A stretch of DNA of 64,000 bases from contig RSEE01000095.1 in the NCBI GenBank assembly GCA_003971905.1, forward strand, positions 124,001 through 188,000. The letters are read 5' to 3'. Of this stretch, positions 54,906-64,000 are shown piece by piece. Below the pieces are notes generated by a model. The model had not been told where the DNA came from. It was given only the letters and a program-made list of their open reading frames with translations, and did no database searches. The stretch comes from Moniliella sp. 'wahieum' (Eukaryota). How positions within the stretch are numbered: position 1 is the stretch's first letter; every line of letters begins with the position of its first letter. The position numbers and the translations under genes are program-made.

Positions 54906-57900
54906 TCAGGCTTGCCGCGCAGCCTCCATAAAGAAGCTAAGCAAGAGAGAGAGAATGAAGGTCAGCAGTCTGGTCCCAGGCACACCATCACGAACACGAA
55001 TTGATTGAGCCAACGCGAATGGGAATAGGAATGGGAATGGGAATGCGCGAATGCGGCAAGACGTACCTGGTAAACCGTTGATCCGTTTCGTCTTTCCCAC
55101 CTTACGCTCGCCGTCCTCTTGGTGCGGGTGAGCCGAGGAGCGCCTTGCGTGTTTTCCTCCCGTTCAAGGGGGACGGTGAGCGGGCGAGACGGGCCGAACG
55201 AGACGGGGACCGAACGTGATCGGCAACACGATCGGAAGTGCGATCCGAGCCATCGGGTCCAAGTCCCATCGCCTCGTCATCCGTCACTGAAAGCGCATGG
55301 TCCGAACCTAAGATGCGGCTCAGCGCGCGCGACGCCGACTCACGATCACGGTCACGGTCACGTTCGCGGTCGCGCGAGGGGAGAGGGGTCTGCGTGCGCG
55401 CCATCGGGAAGCCGGGGTTGTACGTGGCGGGCTATTGAGTCCACTGGACGCAGGGGCAGTACTGGACCGCGTCGGTTCACCACGGAACCGTAATCGGTAA
55501 ATATCCACTCCGCGCGAAATCAAGTTCTGACCCCGCCCACCATTCATCTCGCTCTGCAGCGCTTCACCCTCCACCAACGCCCACTCTTCCTCGTCGCTGC
55601 CCCTCCTCCCGTGCCTCGGACGGATCGTGCGGATCGTGCACCGATAAGATCTTGACCCGTTTCTTGGCTGCTTTCTTCTTAGTCTGTGCCTCGTTGGGCG
55701 TCTGGGCGTCTGCGCCGGCGCCGGCACTGGCACTGGCACTGGCGACCAGGATCCCAGTACTTGCATCCGCATGAGTACGATCGGGTTCACCGTGCTCCCC
55801 GCGCTGCGCTGGCACCAGCAGAAGCGTCGGGAACAGGCACATCGGCCTCGGCCTCGGCCTCGGCCTCAGCCTTAGTGTCCTGGCTCGGCTCCGACGTGCT
55901 CTCCCGTTGCTCGACCGGCACCGCATCGAGGCTGGCAGGAAGCGGGGATCGTGCGGGCGTGGCAATGGCCGTGACCTCAGTGGTGGAGGTAGTGCTGGTT
56001 CCGGGCGCCGAGGCAACCAGCGCCGGTAGGCGCGGCGCCGAGGTGGACGGGGGCTTGACCGTCTCGCTCGCCGCCTCGGCTGAGGCGGTGGACGAGGTAG
56101 GCTGCGCCGCGACCGGGGGAGGAGGGACGTGCTGGTCGGCACTGGAGCCAGCGCTGCGTCGGGTGCTTGGTGCATGGCTGGGACTGGGTTTGTCCGTGTG
56201 CGTGCCGGGCACCAAGTCGCCCCCGGCCTCGGGCGGAGCCTCGGCCCCAGCCCCAGTCTTGGCCCCAGCCTCGGAGTTGGATTCCGATTCCGATTCGGAC
56301 GCCGCGTCGGATTCCGACTCCAAGTCTGACTCGGCACCAAACACGGACGACTCTCTTCGGCCGCGGTAGAGTAGCCATCAAATGGACTTGGAGTCGGCCT
56401 CGATTGGGTGCGGGTACCCATGGGCCAAAGCGTAGGCTGCCATACGGTCCTTTTTCACCAAGTTGGTCCGTGCCCTTTCTTCTTGCGCCAAGCGCTCTTC
56501 TTCCTCAGCGTCCACCTCGCCCGCATGGTCACTGACGGGTGCAGACGCAGGAAACAGTCTTCAAAGTTTTGTGTGTCGAGCTCGTTGAGCGGGTCAATGG
56601 GCGGTTGCCACGGTGGAATGTACCGCAGCGCAGCGATGCAGGACCAGTCCACCGCACTAAAGTATGCATGGCGTTTCAGCCGCGGTTCTTGGATCCGGAA
56701 CGAGGGGTCGCGCTGTAACAAGCCGCGAAGGATGGACTTGGTGTCCTTGTCCAGGACCCGATCTTCGGGGAAGACGAGCGGGTCATAGAGCACACGCGCG
56801 TACATGTCCGCATGGTTTTCTGCCCAAAACGGCGTGATGCCCATCAACATCTCATACAACATTGTCCCAAAGCTCCACCAGTCCACCTCGTAGCTGTACG
56901 GCTGTCCTAGAATCACTTCCGGCGCAAGGTACTCGGCCGTACCGCAAAACGTGGACGTTGTCAACCGTTCTTCGCGCCACGCGGAGCGGCCGCCCTTGCG
57001 CGCAGCTAACCCCGAGTCGTCCTCCACTGCCAACAGCCAGTGGGGCGGACGAGCACGAAGGGTACCGGACGCTTGTGACGTCTCCTGTTCGCCCGGCGTG
57101 AGCCAAAGCCCTTGCTCAGACCAAAGTCTGACAAGACAATGTGGCCATTGGCATTGATCAACACATTCTCCGGCTTCAAGTCGCGATAGATCACCCCGAT
57201 CCGATGCAGGCCCTCCATGCCGTCCACAATCTCGGCCGCGTAAAAGCGGGCGCGGTCGCGGCCCAGACGACCCCAGCGCGTGAGCTGGGTGGCTAGATCG
57301 CCGCCCCTTGAAAATCCATCACGAGGTAGAGACTGGCCGCATCATGGAAACTCCACCAGAGCTTGACCACAACGGGTTGGTTTGTTCGCTGGCCATGCGC
57401 TTGAGCACGGCCTGCTCCGTGATGGTATGCGACAGCTCTTGGTGGGCCAAAACATGGCGTTTGTGGATGGACTTCATGGCGTACATACCCTTGGTACCTT
57501 GTGCCGCACCAACAGTACCTGCCCGCACATCCTTTACCCAACACGCGCAGCACTTCAAAATCGTTCACTGTCACCTTATCTTGGTTGCGGGGCGCTGGGG
57601 GGTCGGGCTGGTGCTGCGAGTTGGGCCTTGGCACCGGCTCCACATCCACACTCATCGCGCGCGGCCCGTGCTCGACGTCATCCGCCTCGGCCATCTCGGC
57701 ATCCTCCGTGTCCCCCTCACCATGGGTTCCAGGTTCTTCCACAATCTGGCTTACCGGGCGCGGGCGCGGATGCGTTTGCGGGTGCGGGTGCGGCGCGGCC
57801 GCGTCGCTATCGGCCCCTCGTCTGCGCCTTCGTCCTCGGACGAGACGGGGGCAGCAAAGGACGAGTCAAAGTCAATGTCGTCGGATCGGTGATGATGTTG

Positions 57901-58387
57901 GTGTTGCGTGGGGCGACGGAGGAGAGCGGGTGCTCAGCGAGGTCGAGCGCATCTTGCGTACGCGGCGCTCGACACGGACCGACTGCAGGTCGTCGGGGCC
58001 ACGTGCACAACCGTTTCCACGCCTCGGTCTGGACCACGGCCGGGGTGGCAGCGAGGTGGTGAGGTAGGCGGCGAGGGCCGAGGTGTGGGCATGGGGGTCG
58101 TGGGCGGGGGGTGTGGGGGTGGGGGTGGGAGGCAGAGGGGAGCGACGGCGGGTGGAGGGCGGGGGGTGGGTGCGGAGGGCGTGGTCGAGGGTGGCGAGGG
58201 CGGTGGAGGAGCGGGTGAGAGTGAGGTTGTGGGTGGGGTTCTGGACGTAGAGGGTGAGGGTGTGTCGGCGGGGGCGTCGGGGAGGGGCGAGGGGGGCAGA
58301 GGCGGTGCGGTCGGCGGCGCGCTGGGCGGGTGACGAGGGCGACGCTGATGCTCCACTTGGGGGGCGGGGGGCAGGGAGGGTGCTCAT
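54906..58387 (-). CDS. AGC-family Ser/Thr kinase (Akt/Ypk-like, with a PX-like N-terminal region and a long disordered C-terminus)
   Basis: [58 protein letters not shown] and an AGC C-tail YIPPWQP..DTQNFE. Confidence 0.92.
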
Positions 58388-58899
58388 GGGGGTGGGGGGA
58401 GTGGTGGTGGTGGCGGGGGCGGAGGGGGGGGGCGCACGCGGGGCTGTGGCAGGAGGCGATAAGCGCTAAGCGGCGCGGGGGCGGAGCAGAGGCAGTGCGT
58501 GTCGGAGTGGGGTGGGAGGGCTGGTGGTGGTGGGAGGGTGGTGGTGGGAGGGAGAAAGGGGGGGCGCGTGGGAGGCGGAATGGTGGGCGATGGTGGCGAT
58601 GGGCGGGCGTGGGCGGTACGAAAGGGGGCTGAGGCGTTGGAAGGCAGCCCAAGACTAAGCCCAGCGTGGCGATATGGGCTAGCCAGCCCATCACCCATCC
58701 CAGCACACAAACGCCCCTGGCTGCCCACTGCCCCCGCCCGCCGCTCTCACGCACCCCCCCACGTGACCTCTCTCACGCTCACCCTCACCCCCGTCCGACA
58801 GCTACGCTTCGTCTTGCTTTGGGACCGCTTGCCATGCTGCTACTATGATGGCCTCCATTCCCGGCGCCTTCATGCCCTGACTACGTATTAATATAGATG

Positions 58900-59966
58900 T
58901 GCGCTGCCACAGAACAGCATCCAGGACGTTGCATTACGACAGTTAGCACTTGCTCCCCGCCGCCAGCACCGCCCGCAATCTCGCGGGTGGTCTTGAGCCC
59001 CGCAGTGTCCGCCTCGCCGGCCGAAGCAGAGTAGGCTTGCAACAACAACTTGTCGGCCAACTTGCTGATCGCTGGCACACGTTCCGGCGTCAGGCTCTGG
59101 CTCTCGGCGGCAGGTACTGTGCCCGACAAGAGCTGGGCCTGCACTGCACGAGGATGGAGACGTTTAGCATGAGGGGGCAAGGCAAAGGGCACGCCCAGTA
59201 CAGCACAGCACAGCACAGCACAGGGAAACGAAAAAGAGAAATAACGTACCAGTTTCAGCCCCCAGAGCGCGCGCAGTCGTGGACGCGGGGCTAGCGGGCG
59301 TGCCTTGGTCCGAGGGATCGACGTCCAACTCGAGACTTGAAGAAAAGTTTTGTAGGCGCGGTTGACGTTGCCCTGGGTATAGAGAGTCTCTGCCAACTGC
59401 AAAAGGAAGAAGAAAGAAGAAGCTGTTGGTAGGTTGGAGCAGCACGCATTCCTCCAACGCAAAGCACGCTCGGTCCCAGAGACCTGCGTCGGTGTACAAG
59501 CCAGCCAGTTCCAACCACGCTTCCGAGTCGGAATAAAAGTGGTCGAGCAACTGAACCAGGGCCTGGATCGCAGTTTCGGTCCGACCTAGCGCTTTCAGCA
59601 ACGCGATCCGCCGCTTGGCCACCAACGCATCCGCTGGCTCCTCCACCAACGCCGCATCATACAGTTTCAATGCCGCCTCGGGCTCAGGGCCCACCTCCAA
59701 CAACGCACCTTGCAAGCACTTGGTCCGACTCGAGTCAGGGAACTTGAATGCCACACGCTCAATGCACGCAATCGCCAAATCACGGTTACCACATCCAGCG
59801 CCGCATACGCCAACTGTTCCAGCGTCGGCCACACTTCGTCCCCAATCTTGGCCAACGCTCCGGAACTGAGCAACGCCTCGCCCACCGCTACCACCTTGGC
59901 GCTCTGGGTGCGGTCGGGCACGCGGCGCTGCTCAGCAAGAAAAGCAATTCCGTCCATGGCCGGCAT
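58900..59966 (-). CDS. EMC2: ER membrane complex subunit 2 (TPR protein; intron ~59145-59248)
   Basis: GDEVWPTLEQLAYAALD, KFPDSSR, KRRIALLK, LDHFYSDSEAWLELAGLY, FALEECVLLQP, RALWGLKL. Confidence 0.9.
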
Positions 59967-60312
59967 GTTCGCGCGAGGGGACCAGAAAGGCAGAGGCGCA
60001 GACGGAGGTGGAGGTGGAGGTGGAGGTGGAGATGGCCACGAGGGCTGGGGCCTTACTAGGTAAGATGGGGGGGAAGTGGGGGCCTTCGCAGCCAGCGGGC
60101 AGTGGGTCGCTGGTGGCTGGTCACCGGTCCCAATCATGCGTCACGTCCGAAATGGGCGGTGGCAGTCCGCATTACCTAAGACCAAAGTACAATGTTGCAA
60201 GCGCGCAGCTGTTGGGCTGGATTTCTAAGCCAAGCTACGCTCTGCTACGCTGCTGGTTCCTGCCCCCTCGGTCGCTCGCCGTCACCACCAGGGTTGCCCC
60301 CACGCACGACAC

Positions 60313-61068
60313 GATGGTACGTCCGGTGGTCTTGGTGCTATGCACTCAGACTCAGGCCCAACTGGGTGGTAGCTGCTCGGTCCCACCCCCCCCCCCCGCC
60401 GATGGAACGCTGACGATTGACTCCACTCCCCCCTGCTGTGCTTCTCAGGCGCACGGAGAAGAGAAACAAGGATACAGGCCTTGGACGCCTCTTGGCGGAA
60501 AACAACCAAGTGCGTACCCCCCCCCCCCCTCCTCCCGTACTTTCTTCCCTCCTCGTGCTCCGCGAGACTAACTTTTGCGTCCCAGCCCGGCACGGTGGAA
60601 GGTCAACACGGCGATCGGCATGGCCGGCCTCATCTTTATAACTACTTGCCTTCCGCATGGAGATGGGCGACCGGGTGGTACGTGTGTCCGTTTTGAGGTG
60701 GGGTGCTTGGGGTGCTACGTCCGACAGAGAGAGAATGTGTGTGTGTTGCGATATGACGCTCCCTTTGTTTCTTGTTTTCTTGGTAGACGTACCACCGTCT
60801 GCCTGTACGGTGGACGCCGTCGATGCTGTGGCACAAGCAGTTCACCTCGGGCGAGTACGAGGCGGATCGGTCGCTGTTGAGCACCGGCTGGCCACCATCA
60901 GGAGGAACACCATTAAGTCATCCAGTCGCGGTCGAGTGCATGAACGTTGAACCTGATCCTCCTAGCGTACGAGTACGGAGTACTGCGTGTGTTGCGCTGG
61001 GAACGAAGGTTGTCATAGCGCGAGACGCGGAGGATGGCGAGACCCGTTCGAGATACCAAATGTGCTGA
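60313..61068 (+). CDS. Possible small multi-exon gene of unknown function
   Basis: ATG directly followed by GTACGT, then three intron-like segments with branch sites (60316-60448 CTGAC..CAG; 60510-60584 CTAAC..CAG; ~60677-60785 ..TAG). No recognisable product. Confidence 0.35.
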
Positions 61069-61430
61069 GTAAGGCCTAAAGGTCGGATCGACGCGGGAGA
61101 CTAGAACGGCGTGGTGAGTTCCAGGGAAACAAATAAGAACAACAACTCAGCCCAGGCTGAGAGGAGCATACAACGGGCTAGCTAGCTACCGGGTTGGATC
61201 GTAAATGTCACCGCCAGGCAACTAACTGCCACGATGGGTGGATGACTACCCCCCAAGCCAGTTGCTAACTTCCAAACGCCTCTTCCACACATGACGATTG
61301 TTGCGTGCTTGGGAGATGGTGTATATCAGTGGTTGACGAGTACCAGGGTTTGAGTACCGCCTCGACGGAAAAGAGTAGGAAGGCAGAACAGGGGAAATTG
61401 AGGAATTTATGCCCGGGAAGAGAAAAAAAA

Positions 61431-61529
61431 CGTTCCATGTTGGGCTCGAACCAACGACCTCCCGATGCCAAAGGGGCATAGGCCGTCTGTGTAACAGTCG
61501 GACGCTCTAGCCAACTGAGCTAATGGAAC
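61431..61529 (-). tRNA. tRNA-Asn(GTT) with a 25-nt intron
   Basis: Reverse complement of 43289-43387 with two substitutions, followed by a T8 terminator. Confidence 0.95.
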
Positions 61530-61701
61530 AAGTATTGGGTAGTCAGCCTGTTAGGAAAAGGCGGCTGACAAGCAAGCATTCATCTCGTAGACATAGGTGG
61601 TTTATATTGCAGGCTGGCAATCAACGAGGGGACAACCACCTTCGTCTCCCCCCGTCTGCAGCATCCCTCGGGTGGCATTGGTTGGTGCGACTGTCCTCCA
61701 C

Positions 61702-63688
61702 GATGCCCACGGCCCCTCCGCTGCCTCGGATGCCCGCCACCCCTCCAGCTCGGCTCCCGTCTGTTGCTGCTCCCTACAACTCAGGCCGTCTCGCGGCCTT
61801 GGACCCTGGCATGCCCATCCCATCCCCCCCCCACCACCACCACCACCACTGCTCCCGTTTCCCTCGTGCCCCACGCTGAGGGCCATCCCTCGCCTCCTTC
61901 CCGGCTCCTGTGCCCGCTCCCGCGTGCGGTGTCTCTGGCTCTGACCAAGTAACGATCGAGCGGCTGGAGACCAATGTCAAGGACCTCGCCAAGCTTGTTC
62001 ATACCCTCGACCACGGCATGACCACTGTTCTCTCCAGGCTCTTTTCCCTTGCCGATATGCAGGATGTCGTGCAGACCGTCCCGCCGACGATTAAAGAGTC
62101 GGGTATGTATATGTTTGTGCTCTTTCCTCTTGGGTGCCATCACAATGGTCGAAGAGAGGGTGGAAAGGCTGACGACCTGAGGACGTGGTTTTGTATTTGG
62201 TGGCCTCTATCGGTCGGCATAACAGCGGACCAGCTGAGGGCTGAGCAGGCCAAGATGGCGCGTGCGATCGAGGGCCAGTTAGACAGCATCCAACAACACA
62301 TGTTAATGCAACAAGACGCAAGCAAAAACAGGTCCGTATATCCCCCCTCCCACCTTCCCTTTGCATTCCCTCCCTCTCTTTTTCTTCCCCCAAAAAGCAA
62401 CGTATGGAGAGGAAGCTGAGTCGCACCCCCCATTCCTTACATACACCAGCCTATGCCGGTCGCCGCGTGCCAAGTCACCGACCTTGCGACGCAAGTGGAA
62501 ACCGTACAAACTCACCTCCAAACCCTGCACACCAAGCTCGACACGCTCTACCCGCTTGTCTGCCCCCCAACCTGAATCCCTTACAACAAGCCGTCGATGG
62601 CGTGGCGCAGTCTCTGGCGCTCGGCATTGCGAGTGTGAAAACGCATCTGACACAGCTCGACGATACCGTTGCCACCGAGGGGAGCAAGTGGAAAACGGGG
62701 TTAGAAGCTGTACTCAACGCCCAGGCAGATGCCGTGCAGGCGGTACAGAGGATGCACCACACTCCTTTCCACGACCACCAACGTGGTCTGGATAACGTAC
62801 TTGACGCCATACATTCCCTGGCGGAAAAAGTTACGCTTCTCATGCCCTTGGTACACTCGGGTCCACCTCCCCCTCCAGTCTCACGTACCACCAACCCTCC
62901 ACTTCCTATTCCGACCACCCCCGTCGCCCTTCCTACTCTTCATCACACACAATGTCGTCCGACCAGACCGTCATACCTCCCTCCTCCCTCCCCGCCGAAG
63001 TCCCCGCCCACTCGCCTCGCCTACATCCACATCCACACCCACATCCAGACCCACGCCCACACCCTTCATCTTCCCCGCCGGCACCCGTTCGCCCTGCGAC
63101 CTATTTGCAGTGGTTCACCAGCGGGAACAAGTCCAGGTACTGGACGAGTCCCAGACGGATGTGGAGGTGGAGATGGAGATGAATTGTACCTCGGTCCCCG
63201 TTCCCAACACGCCCGAGATGCGGGGCAAGTTGCGTCCCCGTTGCGTGCCCGCTGCAACCGGGATGGACACGCAGCCTGCCACCCACCTCGCACGCCCACG
63301 TCCCCCGCCCCCTGCCAACAGCAAGGCCATGCGCGATCCGGGACAGAAGGCCAAGGCCAAGCGCGAACCGGGGGGGAACGCTAAGGTCAAACGCGACCCC
63401 GCTGGACACAGGAAAGTCAAACGTGAACGCGAACGTGAACGTGAACGCGAACGCGAGCCAGCTGGGCACGGCAAGGTCAAGCGCGAAGCTACAGCTACAG
63501 TGACCGATCACAAGAGCCGAGCTTCGTCGCCTACTGCACAAGCGGCCTCGCGCCGTCGTCGTAGGCGCATCCTGAGTACCACGGCCGGTCTGGGTCTGGG
63601 CAGGGCGATGCCCGCCATGCCAAGGAGCACAAGGCCACGCGAAGGCGGAAGGGAGCGGTAGCTTCAGCACCCACTGTAACATGTAATG
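61702..63688 (+). CDS. Hypothetical spliced protein with coiled-coil and K/R/E-rich C-terminal repeats (KVKRE)
   Basis: Coding-like frames TIERLETNVKDLAKL, LQQAVDGVAQSL and KAKREPGGNAKVKRDP; GTATGT intron donor at ~62103. Confidence 0.5.
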
Positions 63689-64000
63689 GTTTGTTGACGG
63701 TTCCCAATTCCAGGTATTACCCTGATTGAGGGGGGTATGGGTCTAAACTATAAAATAGTATGGTACAGAAGGCACGGTGTGTCTTTTGTTGGGGCGTGTT
63801 TTGTGTTCCCTTTGCGGGCTAACATCTTACATGGATACCGCACCATGTGCATGATGAGCGGGCCACTATATGATCCAAACTAGAGTCTGTGCTGCCAGGG
63901 ATGTTAGGAAGAAACTGAGAGATCTCTGGGCAGAGATCAAGGAGCGGATGCAGCAATGTGGAAACCCTACTAACGGAAGAGAGAAGAGTGGCCGAGAGGC

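Noticed and set aside
63851..63918. Possible C/D snoRNA (ATGATGA...CTGA)
   Set aside because: No terminal stem, and only a short imperfect rRNA complement; a chance match is likely.
63725..64000. TTGAGGGGGG as a Copia PPT followed by an LTR
   Set aside because: No canonical TGTT start and no upstream RNaseH remnant; the window ends before it can be tested.

Overview
GC-rich, intron-poor eukaryotic DNA from a basidiomycete fungus, probably Ustilaginomycotina-like (inferred from gene content, GTRAGT/GTACGT..YAG introns and codon usage). Single-base frameshifts occur even in housekeeping genes, so the assembly looks like unpolished long-read sequence and gene ends are approximate. In order, the window holds: an aldo-keto reductase (partial), a DHA1 MFS transporter, pyruvate decarboxylase, aconitase, an RPAP1/Rba50-like gene, the ADP/ATP carrier, an SDR, a gene with a Tc1/IS630-type HTH, NMNAT, MSH1, UTP18, a large coiled-coil protein, a proline-iminopeptidase-like pseudoenzyme, tRNA-Asn, a Grr1-like F-box/LRR gene, a decayed Ty1/Copia gag-protease, a PTEN-like pseudophosphatase, a NIPA Mg2+ transporter, an AGC kinase, EMC2, a second tRNA-Asn and two hypothetical genes. 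The main candidate novelty is a 5.6-kb unit (43408-49047) just downstream of tRNA-Asn. It is bounded by two related LTR-like direct repeats with a near target-site duplication (TTTGC/TTTAC). Inside are a Copia gag-protease and, where integrase/RT/RNaseH should be, an antisense intron-bearing Grr1-like F-box gene, which suggests a retroelement carrying a ubiquitin-ligase adaptor as cargo. Two catalytically dead enzyme paralogs and a possibly domesticated transposase HTH gene also stand out.
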